Below are positions 18,871-28,293 of a stretch of 64,000 nt of DNA, piece after piece. The stretch is taken from NCBI GenBank assembly GCA_030447685.1, contig JAUJOK010000009.1, positions 4,543 through 68,542 on the forward strand, given 5' to 3'. The position numbers and the translations under genes are program-made. The stretch is from Armatimonadaceae bacterium (GTDB lineage: Bacteria > Armatimonadota > Armatimonadia > Armatimonadales > Armatimonadaceae). Within the stretch, counting starts at the first letter, position 1; the number at the start of each line of letters is the position of its first letter. The notes beneath the pieces are model-generated. The model searched no databases, was not told the origin of the DNA, and was given only the letters and a program-made list of their open reading frames with translations.

Positions 18871-19935
18871 ATGGAACTCGACGCACGCAAACAACGCATC
18901 CTTCAGGTCATTGTCCAGGACTATGTCGCCACGGCGGAGCCGGTCGGCTCGCAGGTGCTCGTTCAGCGGTATAGCCTGGGTGTCAAGTCCGCGACGATCC
19001 GCAATGAGATGGCGGAGATGAGCGAGCAGGGCTATCTGCGCCAGCCGCACACGTCGGCGGGGCGTATCCCCTCGGATCGCGGCTACCGTTTTTATGTCAA
19101 CCGGCTGATGCCCCTGCCGGTTATCCAGCCCGATGAAGCCGTCCAGGTTCGCCAGGCGGTCGCCTATGCGTCGTCCGAACTGGATATGATACTGCGCAAG
19201 ACCTGCTCGCTGCTGGCATCCATGACCTCGCTGCCCGCCGTGGCGACCCCGCCCGACGCCGACGATACGGAGCTGACTCAGGTGTTCGTCTCCGCCGCCG
19301 GTTCTGATAAGCTGCTGCTGGTGCTCCTCTTTTCGACCGGGCGCACGGAAAACCGTCTGGTGGCTGCATCGGTCACGGCCTCCGACGCGCTGGTGCTGGC
19401 GAACAGCCTGAACGAGCGTTTCGGCGGCAGGTCGCTCTCCGCTTTACGCGCCCCCTCGCCCGAATCCGAAGGATCGCCCCCGGAACTGCGCCGTTTGGAG
19501 CCGCTCTGGGCGCGGCTGGCGGATGAGATCAGAGAGGCAGCGCGGGCGCTGGCGGATGAAGTCCCGATGTATGTGGAAGGGACGCACGCTGTCCTTCAGC
19601 ACCCGGAGTTCCGCGACGTGGAGCGGCTGGGCCAGTTTCTGATGACGCTTCAGGAGCGCGCCGCTCTGGTAGAGATGATGGGGCGTGCGCTGGCGGAGCG
19701 TCAAGACCCCGCCGCGCCGCGAGCCGCGAAGGTCGTTATCGGCGAGGAAAACGCGCAGCCCGCGCTGCATCCCTATTCCGTGGTTTCTTCGCCTTATTTT
19801 GTCGGCGACCGGGAGCGGGGCGCAATCGGCGTGCTGGGGCCGACTCGCATGGACTACGGACGCGCCGCCGCCGCCGTGGAATTCATGGCGCGCACCGTGG
19901 GCGACCTGCTGACTCGATTGAGTCTGAGCGGGTAA
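18871..19935 (+). CDS. hrcA: heat-inducible transcription repressor HrcA
   Basis: 'MELDARKQRILQVIVQDYVATAEPVGSQVLVQRYSLGVKSATIRNEMAEMSEQGYLRQPHTSAGRIPSDRGYRFYV' is the diagnostic HrcA N-terminus. The upstream part of the listed ORF was trimmed. Confidence 0.9.
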   Translation: MELDARKQRILQVIVQDYVATAEPVGSQVLVQRYSLGVKSATIRNEMAEMSEQGYLRQPHTSAGRIPSDRGYRFYVNRLMPLPVIQPDEAVQVRQAVAYASSELDMILRKTCSLLASMTSLPAVATPPDADDTELTQVFVSAAGSDKLLLVLLFSTGRTENRLVAASVTASDALVLANSLNERFGGRSLSALRAPSPESEGSPPELRRLEPLWARLADEIREAARALADEVPMYVEGTHAVLQHPEFRDVERLGQFLMTLQERAALVEMMGRALAERQDPAAPRAAKVVIGEENAQPALHPYSVVSSPYFVGDRERGAIGVLGPTRMDYGRAAAAVEFMARTVGDLLTRLSLSG

Positions 19936-19979
19936 ACTAACACCCCATACGTAAAAAATTCAGGAGCAACAACGTTTCG

Positions 19980-20579
19980 ATGCCGCAAGATTCGATGCAA
20001 ACGGACGACGCCGAGATCGTCGCCGATATTACCGACCAGACACTCGCTGACGATGGGCCGGAGGACATTCCCGGTGCCGTCGATGACACCGTCGCCGTGA
20101 CGGATGATCCCGTCACGCTTCGCGCGCAGCTGGAAGAGATGCGCCACCGCGCCAACACCGAGCATGAGGCGTATCTGCGCGCCCTGGCCGATTTTTCCAA
20201 CTACAAGCGCCGCACCGAGGAGGAAAAGGAGCGTCTGCGCGGCATCGTCAACGAGAATTTGCTGCTGGGCCTTTTGCCGATTGTGGACAACTTCGAGCGG
20301 GCGCTTCAATCCGCCGGTACCACCAAGGATTACGAGAAGCTGGTCACCGGTGTGAACGCTATCCTGCGGCAGATGCAGGAGTTTCTTACCAAAGAGGGCG
20401 TCACCCCAATTGACGCGACCGGGCAGCCCTTCGACCCCAACTACCACAACGCCGTGCTGCGCCACGAAACCACTGAGTACCCGGAAAACACGGTGGTCGA
20501 GGAGCTGCAAAAAGGCTATACGCGCGGCGACCGGGTGCTGCGTCCCTCCATGGTAAAGGTTGCGACCGGAACCGAATAG
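19980..20579 (+). CDS. grpE: nucleotide exchange factor GrpE
   Basis: 199 aa; 'ADFSNYKRRTEEEKERL...LLPIVDNFERAL'. Directly follows hrcA, the standard operon arrangement. Confidence 0.9.
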   Translation: MPQDSMQTDDAEIVADITDQTLADDGPEDIPGAVDDTVAVTDDPVTLRAQLEEMRHRANTEHEAYLRALADFSNYKRRTEEEKERLRGIVNENLLLGLLPIVDNFERALQSAGTTKDYEKLVTGVNAILRQMQEFLTKEGVTPIDATGQPFDPNYHNAVLRHETTEYPENTVVEELQKGYTRGDRVLRPSMVKVATGTE

Positions 20580-20600
20580 CGACGAAAGAATCCTTCGACC

Positions 20601-21530
20601 GTGCAAATCAGCCGCCTGAGCGACCTGCGCCCGCGCACGGTCTGGGACATCGTGGACGACGCCTTCGACCTGTACCGCGAAAACTTCGCCCTGTTCGCCG
20701 GTATTTCGGCAGTGCTGATCGTCCCGTTTCAGGTGCTCCAGATATTCTGGTCGTCGCTCTGGTTTCGCTCCCTGCTGGGTGCGTCCAGCCCCGACCCAAG
20801 TCAGGCGTTCGGCTCGTTATTCGCCTTCTTCGGCGGCATGATGCTGATATTGCCCCTGAACCTGGTCGTCAGCGCCTGGCAATCCGGCGCGGTTGCCATT
20901 GCCGTCCAGGATAGGCTTTCGGGACGCGCATCCAGCGCCGCTTCCGCGTATCGCCGCCTGTTCCAGAACGCGATGCCGCTTCTGGGCGCGTCCCTGCTGG
21001 TGGGCCTGCTCGCCCTGGGGATTAGCCTCATCACCTGCGGAATCGGCGTGCTGATCGTCTCCGTGTATTATGCGTTTATCGGTCAGGCCGTCGCGCTGGA
21101 AAATCGCGGCGCGGCGGCGGCGGGACGCCGTTCGCGCGATATGGTGGCCGGGTACGGGGGCAAGGTCTTCGGGCTTATTATGCTTCTGGGCCTGGTGACG
21201 GCGACATTGACGCTGGGCATCACCGCAATAATGGAACTGGTCACGGAGATGGTTCCTTTTTTTAAGACCGGTGATCTGGCGACGCAGCAGATGCGCGAAC
21301 TGGTGCTGAGCCAGGTGGCGCAGGCGCTGGGAGTCATTCTCCTTGCGCCCCTTGGTCCCATTGCCATCACACTGCAATACTACGACCTGCGCGTCCGCCG
21401 TGAAGGTCTGGACATCGAGGCACAGGCCACACAAATGGGTGTCCCCCTTGCCCCGGACGCCTTCGGCGGCATCCCCAATCCCCGTCCCCACAACGCGACG
21501 GGAAGCGTCGCGGCTGCGCCGCCCCGATGA
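20601..21530 (+). CDS. polytopic membrane protein, hypothetical
   Basis: 309 aa with 5-6 hydrophobic helices; GTG start. Precedes the DUF4129 operon. Confidence 0.55.
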   Translation: MQISRLSDLRPRTVWDIVDDAFDLYRENFALFAGISAVLIVPFQVLQIFWSSLWFRSLLGASSPDPSQAFGSLFAFFGGMMLILPLNLVVSAWQSGAVAIAVQDRLSGRASSAASAYRRLFQNAMPLLGASLLVGLLALGISLITCGIGVLIVSVYYAFIGQAVALENRGAAAAGRRSRDMVAGYGGKVFGLIMLLGLVTATLTLGITAIMELVTEMVPFFKTGDLATQQMRELVLSQVAQALGVILLAPLGPIAITLQYYDLRVRREGLDIEAQATQMGVPLAPDAFGGIPNPRPHNATGSVAAAPPR

Positions 21531-21556
21531 TGCGCTTAGAAGGCCGGTATCTATCG

Positions 21557-22624
21557 ATGAGACGGCGCACCCTGTCACTTCTTCTCCTTTTCGCGCTGGT
21601 CAGTGCGCCCGGCAGCCCTGTTCGCGCGCAAAGTCTGTCGCTGCGGGAATATCGCGCTCTGATCGCTTCCGCCCGCCGGGCCGCCGAGGCGGGCCTGACG
21701 CCGGAGCAGGCGCGAACGCTTCAGGAGCGCCTGCGCCGGGTGCGCACCGTTAAGGAGCCGGATGGCCGGCAGATTGCGGTGGACAACCGGGAACTGACGC
21801 GGACGCTGGCACGCGCTGCTGCTGCCGGACGCGGCGCGGCGCGGCGCAAAGCCGGGGTGGAAGCCGCAGGCCATCTGCGTACTCTGGACCAGGCGTTGAA
21901 CGGGCGCACTGCGCCGCCCGCCGCTTCGGACCCACGACAGCAGGCGCTGCGTATTCTGGCGACCTCGGAGTTCCGTCGGGCCTTTGAAACCGCGCGCCCG
22001 AAAAGCTGGCTGGAAAAGCAGTGGGACCGTATCGGCAAAGCGATTGCCGACTTTTTGGAGCGGCTGTTTGGAGGCCGTCGCGCCCCGGCGGGGGGCGGTG
22101 CGCTGCTGGGCCAGGCCATACTGTTCATTCTCTACTTTCTGGCTGCCGTCGCCGCCGCATTCGCACTGTACGGGCTGTGGACGGTGGTTAAGGACCGGCG
22201 GGCAAAAACGCGGCGAACGGCGGGCACCGGCCTGGACCTGAGCGCCGAGGATGTGCCGGACCCGCTGGGCGCGGCGCGGGAGCGCGCCGCTGCGGGCGAC
22301 TACCGCGCCGCCGTGCGCCTGACCTATATCGCCTGCCTGCGCCGCCTCCATGGGGCGGGCCTGCTGTACCTGGCAAACGACCGAACGAACTGGGAATACC
22401 AGCGCATGCTGCGGGGACGCTCACCGGAAGCGGCTGATACTCTGCTTCCGGTCACGCGCCTGTTCGACCGGGTCTGGTACGGGCACGCCCCGGCGACACG
22501 GGAAGAATACGAGCGCGCCGCCGCCGCGCACGACGCGCTTCCGTCCGCGCCGGAGCAGCGGCCCACGCACCCGGAAAAGACGCCCGCAGGCGCAGGCGCG
22601 GCATCGGAGGGCCGGGCGGAATGA
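21557..22624 (+). CDS. DUF4129 domain protein (first gene of a DUF4129/DUF4350/MoxR-type operon)
   Basis: Signal peptide 'MRRRTLSLLLLFALVSAPGSPVRAQS', a TM helix, and the C-terminal DUF4129 signature 'DRTNWEYQRMLRGRSPEAADTLLPVTRLFDRVWYGHAPATREEYE'. Confidence 0.7.
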   Translation: MRRRTLSLLLLFALVSAPGSPVRAQSLSLREYRALIASARRAAEAGLTPEQARTLQERLRRVRTVKEPDGRQIAVDNRELTRTLARAAAAGRGAARRKAGVEAAGHLRTLDQALNGRTAPPAASDPRQQALRILATSEFRRAFETARPKSWLEKQWDRIGKAIADFLERLFGGRRAPAGGGALLGQAILFILYFLAAVAAAFALYGLWTVVKDRRAKTRRTAGTGLDLSAEDVPDPLGAARERAAAGDYRAAVRLTYIACLRRLHGAGLLYLANDRTNWEYQRMLRGRSPEAADTLLPVTRLFDRVWYGHAPATREEYERAAAAHDALPSAPEQRPTHPEKTPAGAGAASEGRAE

Positions 22625-23884
22625 GACGCCGCATTTCCGCCGACGCGCTTGTTTTGTGCGGCCTGCTTCTGCTGCTCGCACTGGTATCGTTCCGGCTTGC
22701 CGGGGAAGGCTCACTGCCCGAAGATAAAGAGCGTCCGCGCCGTTCCGTCTCTTCCCCGCGTCCCGGCGGCTGGAAGGCGCTGTATCTGCTTCTGCAAAGC
22801 AGCGGCGTCGGAGTCGAAAAGGTGGAGCGCGCGCCGGAAGATTGGCCGGACACTCTGGGCGTGATGGTGGCCGGGCCGGAATACCTGATGCTCGATTCCG
22901 AGATGCCCGGCTCCGGGGGCAGATTCAGATTCAAAGACCCGAACCGATGGACGGAGCAGCAGGTAACGGACGCGCGCTGCGCTGGGTGGCGGAAAAGCAG
23001 CGGACGCTTATTGTCCTGACCAGCCGCTCCAATGCGCTCACCCGGAAGCTGGGTCTGGACACGGGCGCGCAGGGCAAAGCGAACGCAACGCTTTTTTCCG
23101 CTTCAGCCGGTTCCGGCTTTATCCGGCGTGGACGGGCTTCAGGTGCCTGCCGCCGTGCGGTGGAGCAAAACGCCCCCCGGCGCACTGCCCCTGTTCGCGG
23201 ATCAGGCCCCCGCCGTGGTTCTGTTCCGGCACGGAAAGGGTACCGTCGTGGCCGTGTCTGACCCCGGAACCGTGGATAATAGGTATATCACCAAAGCGGA
23301 CAACGCGCGCTTTATTACAGACCTGGTGCGCGCCTACGCAGGCGCAGGGGAACGCATCGGTTTCGATGAGTACCATCAAGGCTTTCAGGAAGCGGATAAT
23401 TTCTGGGACGCCGTGGGCAGGCCGGGCCAGCTTGCGGCCTGGCAGCTTTTCCGGCCTGGCGCTGCTGATCGTCTACTCGGCGGGGCGGCGTTTTTGGCCT
23501 GCCCCGCCCGCTGCCTGCACCGGCGCGGGTGTCGTCGGAGTATGTGAGTTCACTGGCCGATCTGTACCGGCGGGCGGGCGCGGCGGACGCCGCCCTGGAA
23601 GGCGTCTACCTGCCGTTCTGGCGCGACCTGTGCCGGGCGGTGGCGCTGCCTTACGACACGCCGACGGACGAGGTGGTGCGCGGCGTGCCGCGCGAACGCT
23701 GGGCACGGGAGACAAAGAAGACCTGGAGCGCCGCCTGCGCGCCGTGGTCGGTGCGTGCGAAACGAAAATAGACGAAGGCAAGGTGCGCGACAGCGAACTG
23801 CTGTCCCTGGCGCGCGACCTGGAAGCCATAAGAAAGGAACTGGGCCTTGGAGGAGAGGATCGGGAACCTGCCGCCCGTGGCTGA
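22621..23884 (+). pseudogene. DUF4350-family gene, heavily frameshifted (at least 5 frame changes)
   Basis: Protein-like text runs across six frames: 'GGWKALYLLLQSSGVGVEKVERAPEDWPDTLGVMVAGPEYLML' / 'LRWVAEKQRTLIVLTSRSNALTRKLGLD' / 'AVVLFRHGKGTVVAVSDPGTVDNRYITKADNARFITDLVRAYAGAGERIGFDEYHQGF' / 'LALLIVYSAGRRFWPAP' / 'SEYVSSLADLYRRAGAADAALEGVYLPFW' / 'DLERRLRAVVGACETKIDEGKVRDSELLSLARDLEAIRKEL'. Confidence 0.55.
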
Positions 23885-23939
23885 GGAGGCTGCCGTCGTG
23901 GACGACAGCGCGCCACTGAGAGGGACAACAGCCGGGTAG

Positions 23940-24906
<967 letters not shown>

Positions 24907-24924
24907 GCCTCCCCCGCCTGCCCC

Positions 24925-25088
24925 CGGAGTGTGGACACTCCGAGCTATGGGGCGGTCGCGCAGCGACATACGAACGCCCCTGCGGGGCCGCCGCCAACCG
25001 TCCTGCGGACGGGAGGAACGCTCCTCCGTCTCCCGTCCACAGGACGGTTAGCCGAAGGCTCCTGAGCCTGGAGTGTCCACACTCCGGG
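24925..25088. repeat. pair of 16-18 bp palindromes (GGAGTGTGGACACTCC and GGAGTGTCCACACTCC, the latter its reverse complement) flanking nested GC-rich hairpins
   Basis: 24925-24942 'cggagtgtggacactccg' and 25070-25085 'ggagtgtccacactcc'. Between them 'gcccctgcggggc' (24975-24988) and 'ccgtcctgcggacggGAGGAacgcTCCTCCgtctcccgtccacaggacgg' (24998-25047). Confidence 0.5.
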
Positions 25089-25100
25089 TGACGGAGCGCG

Positions 25101-26642
25101 TTGACGCTCCGCCGGGCGCGATGGTACACTGGAACCGTCATGGCGACCACCCCGACGGCTCCTCCTTCCGATTCTTCGCCTCCCACCAGCGCCCGGCGCG
25201 AACGGTTCGGACTCAAGGCGCGCATCAAGCTGCGCCTCGCGCTCGATATACCCCGTGCGGCGCGGCATTCGTTCCTGTGGGACAGCATCGCCGGGATGTG
25301 CGCCGGGGCGTACATGGGAATGACCTTCCCCTTCTTCGTCCGCATCGCGCGCGGCGAACTGAACGCGCCGGAAGCCACCATTGCCGTGATGACCGCCGCC
25401 CCCTTTATCGGCAACCTGCTTTCTCCCCTGTGGGCACGGCAGATGGAGGGAAAGAGCAAGCTCCCGTTCGTGCTCGGCTCATGGATTCCGGCGCGCGCGC
25501 TGCTTTTTCTGATGCCGCTCGCAACCTTCCCGGCGCTGTTTGTGGCTCTGGTATCCGGTCTTCAGTTTATCGGGACGATCTCGTCACCGGCATACACCAC
25601 GCTGATGCGCGACATCTACCCGGATCGCGCGCGGGGGCGGCTGCTGGGATACGTGCGGGTCGGAGCGCAGACCTTCATGTTCCTGGCGACGCTGACGACG
25701 GGCCGCCTGCTCGACTACCAAATTTCGTACCGCTATCTATTCCCGGTCGCGGGCCTGCTGGGGCTGGCGGCAGCTTTTTCGTTTTCTCGTGTCCGACCAC
25801 TTTCCGCCGAGGCCCATGTCACCGAAAGCACGCGCCGCCTGAGCGCGCACGAATTCATGCTGGACACGCTTTCCATCCTGCGGGAAAATGTCGGCTACCG
25901 CTGGTTTGCGCTGTCGGTATTCACCTACGGTTTCGGCAAGCCGGGGTGGTTTAAGAACGCCCTGTCACGTATTGCTGCTGAACGACAACGGCTTCGCTCT
26001 AACCGTCTTGAAACTCGCCGCTCACGCGCAATAGACTCCCCTTCGCTCTTGGTGCAGATGTTTTCGATACTCCGTAACAACATCGGCTATCGGTGGTTCG
26101 CTTCTTCGGTCATGGTATATGGATTCGCGAACCTGGCTATGGTGCCGCTTTACCAGCTCTTTCAGGTCGACGTGTTGAAGATAAGCAACACGCAAATCGC
26201 GAACCTGGCAAACTGTACATCGCTATCCGCTATTGCAGGGTCATTCTTTTGGGGGCGTTATATGGACAGGCACGGATCACCCAAAGCCGTGTTTCTTTCC
26301 ATCAGTATCGTGGCCCTGATTCCCTTTATCTACCTGTCAGCGAAGTCGGTAACATGGCTCTTGATTGCTGCGGCGCTCTCGGGATTTGGCTTCGCTGGTA
26401 TCGAGTTGTCGTATATGACGAGCATCCTCTACTATTCGGAGCCAGGTCGGGAAGCCCAGTATCAGGCTTTACACTCTCTGCTCGTCGGGATTCGGGGACT
26501 CATCGCCCCATTGTTGGCGATTGCGCTGTTAAAGCAGGTTGGCTATGGGCCGATGTTTCTGGCAGGTGCCATCGTTATGTTATTCGGCGCATTTTTGCAG
26601 CTACTGGCTGTCCGCATTGCTCATCGGACGCAGCCTTCCTGA
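25101..26642 (+). CDS. MFS transporter, chimeric: native high-GC 5' two-thirds and a low-GC foreign 3' third with a partially duplicated TM6-like segment
   Basis: 513 aa, 12 or more TM helices. 'LSILRENVGYRWFALSVFTYGFG' (high GC) recurs as 'FSILRNNIGYRWFASSVMVYGFANLA' after a hydrophilic insert 'KPGWFKNALSRIAAERQRLRSNRLETRRSRAIDSPSLLVQM'. GC drops to about 52% from about 25960 to the stop. Confidence 0.8.
   Translation: MTLRRARWYTGTVMATTPTAPPSDSSPPTSARRERFGLKARIKLRLALDIPRAARHSFLWDSIAGMCAGAYMGMTFPFFVRIARGELNAPEATIAVMTAAPFIGNLLSPLWARQMEGKSKLPFVLGSWIPARALLFLMPLATFPALFVALVSGLQFIGTISSPAYTTLMRDIYPDRARGRLLGYVRVGAQTFMFLATLTTGRLLDYQISYRYLFPVAGLLGLAAAFSFSRVRPLSAEAHVTESTRRLSAHEFMLDTLSILRENVGYRWFALSVFTYGFGKPGWFKNALSRIAAERQRLRSNRLETRRSRAIDSPSLLVQMFSILRNNIGYRWFASSVMVYGFANLAMVPLYQLFQVDVLKISNTQIANLANCTSLSAIAGSFFWGRYMDRHGSPKAVFLSISIVALIPFIYLSAKSVTWLLIAAALSGFGFAGIELSYMTSILYYSEPGREAQYQALHSLLVGIRGLIAPLLAIALLKQVGYGPMFLAGAIVMLFGAFLQLLAVRIAHRTQPS
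25992..26001. repeat. 10-bp sequence CTTCGCTCTA at the left MFS junction; identical copy at 45579-45588 (candidate att core or crossover site)
   Basis: 'cggCTTCGCTCTAacc' at 25992-26001 and 'tatCTTCGCTCTActt' at 45579-45588. Each lies at the boundary between native-looking and foreign-looking MFS sequence; spacing 19,587 bp. Confidence 0.35.
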
Positions 26643-26740
26643 CTGAGCCGTACGGTCGTGCCTCCATGCCCCTTCAGTCCCTTACGCGTCCCGCCCTGCA
26701 CACATCCAGCCCGCCTTGGGGGCAAGTTCTCACGGGGCGT

Positions 26741-26756
26741 GCGATTGACAATAGCA
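26741..26756 (+). promoter_or_regulatory. operator-like inverted repeat GCGATTGACAATAGCA upstream of the blaI-like gene (contains a TTGACA -35-like hexamer)
   Basis: One mismatch from the perfect copy TGCTATTGACAATAGCA at 28252-28268. 25 nt upstream of the blaI-like start. Confidence 0.45.
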
Positions 26757-26780
26757 GATACGACTGATATACTTGCGGAT

Positions 26781-27218
26781 ATGCTGTCCCCCCGTGCTAC
26801 ACGCCGTTTCGCACCCGCGAAAACGGGCCTCGTTGCTCCACTCGGAGAGCTGGAACGAGCGGTCATGGCAGTTGTGTGGTCGCATCCTGCCCCGATGAAC
26901 GTAAGTGATGTTCATGCCGCTCTTGCCCACGAACCGCGCGTGGCATATACCACGGTGAAAACCACACTGGAGCGCCTGGCACAGAAAGGCATCCTGGTAC
27001 AGAGCAAGTCGGGGAAAGCTTATCTGTATCACGCGGTAGTGTCCGAAGCGGAACTGGAGCGGCGTATCGTGACGGCGGCGCTGGATCGTCTTGTGGAGCA
27101 GTTCCCGCAGGCGGTCGCGTCGTTCTTTGTTCACCCTGACCCGAATGTTTCGCAGGCGCAGCTCGATCTGTTGCGGGATGCTATCGAGCGGCGGCGGGAG
27201 GGCGAGGATGATGCCTGA
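26781..27218 (+). CDS. BlaI/MecI/CopY-family (Penicillinase_R) winged-helix transcriptional repressor
   Basis: 'LGELERAVMAVVWSHPAPMNVSDVHAALAHEPRVAYTTVKTTLERLAQKGILVQSKSGKAYLYHAVVSEAELERRIV' is the classic BlaI fold text. Overlaps the next gene by 11 nt. Confidence 0.8.
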   Translation: MLSPRATRRFAPAKTGLVAPLGELERAVMAVVWSHPAPMNVSDVHAALAHEPRVAYTTVKTTLERLAQKGILVQSKSGKAYLYHAVVSEAELERRIVTAALDRLVEQFPQAVASFFVHPDPNVSQAQLDLLRDAIERRREGEDDA

Positions 27219-28188
27219 TCTGTGCCCTATCGTCGCTGCCTTCGCCTTCGCCTATAGCGCGGCCCTGCTCGGCGTCGGTGCCGCGTTGTTCACCACCGCT
27301 TGGTTCGGGCGGAGCCGCCGCGCACCGTCCGCGTTAGAAGCGGCGTGGTGCGCCCTGTTGCCGCTGGTCGCCATTGGGGTGCTGGTCACCATTGCCGTTT
27401 ACGAACCCCACGCACTCGTTGGCAGTACCGCTTCTCATGACCTGTGGCACCTGTGGGCCGAGCGCCTGCACCAAATTCCCGCCTCTCATGGCACGCTGCA
27501 CGCAGCGAACGCTGCCTCGCTGTGTGTCCTCGCCATCTGCCTCGGCAGGACCGCTTACGCCCTGTCGCGTGCTCAGGCATTTGGCAGCGGCCTGCGTTTC
27601 CTCAGCAGCGACCCGCTCCCAGACGTGGCTAACCCTGCCGTGTACTGCCTGCCTTCGGACAAGGCCCTGTGTTTCACCGTGGGCGTACTGCGCCCCCGCG
27701 TGTATCTGACGACGGGTTTGAGGGAGCGGCTGTCCCCGCGGGAGCGTGACGCCGTGCTCGCCCACGAAGCGGCCCATGTGCGGAGGCGCGACGGCCTCTT
27801 GAGCGTCGTTCTCGTAACCTTTTACAACCTGTTCCCGCTGCCTGGCGGATGGCGGCTTTACCACGGGTGGGTCGCCTCTACGGAGCGCGCCTGCGACGCC
27901 GAGGCAGCACGCTCCGTGGGAAGCTCCTGCGATGTCGCCGCCGCCCTGGTCACCGTGGCGCGTCTTGCCCACTCACAGACCCTGCCTGGGGCGGCCTCGT
28001 TCGCGGCGTCGCGGCCCGAGGATGTAGCGGCAAGGGTCCAGGCGCTGCTCGAACATTGCCCGCTCGCCCCGCGCGCCCTGGCGCGGCACCGCATCGGCCT
28101 GGCGGTGCTTGCGGCGCTGAGCTTCTCGGGCCTGCTCGCGGCGTATCCTGTCATCCTGCACCTTGCCGAGATGTTTGCCTACCACTGA
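27208..28188 (+). CDS. BlaR1-like M56-family zinc metalloprotease signal transducer, lacking a penicillin-binding sensor domain
   Basis: 326 aa. TM helices, then 'GVLRPRVYLTTGLRERLSPRERDAVLAHEAAHVRRRDGLLSVV' with an HEXXH motif (AHEAAH), then more TM helices. Translationally coupled to the blaI-like gene. Confidence 0.8.
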   Translation: MMPDLCPIVAAFAFAYSAALLGVGAALFTTAWFGRSRRAPSALEAAWCALLPLVAIGVLVTIAVYEPHALVGSTASHDLWHLWAERLHQIPASHGTLHAANAASLCVLAICLGRTAYALSRAQAFGSGLRFLSSDPLPDVANPAVYCLPSDKALCFTVGVLRPRVYLTTGLRERLSPRERDAVLAHEAAHVRRRDGLLSVVLVTFYNLFPLPGGWRLYHGWVASTERACDAEAARSVGSSCDVAAALVTVARLAHSQTLPGAASFAASRPEDVAARVQALLEHCPLAPRALARHRIGLAVLAALSFSGLLAAYPVILHLAEMFAYH

Positions 28189-28251
28189 TCACTACCTTCG
28201 TATCGGAGTATCCATGACCATCATGCCCACCGTTTGTTTAACGCCCGCGAC

Positions 28252-28268
28252 TGCTATTGACAATAGCA
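28252..28268 (+). promoter_or_regulatory. perfect inverted repeat TGCTAT-tgaca-ATAGCA (operator-like, includes TTGACA) upstream of czcC-1
   Basis: 'TGCTATTGACAATAGCA' 26 nt upstream of the OMF start. Shares 15 of 16 nt with the site at 26741-26756. Confidence 0.5.
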
Positions 28269-28293
28269 GACTCGGACACGAGGGGAGGCGTTG

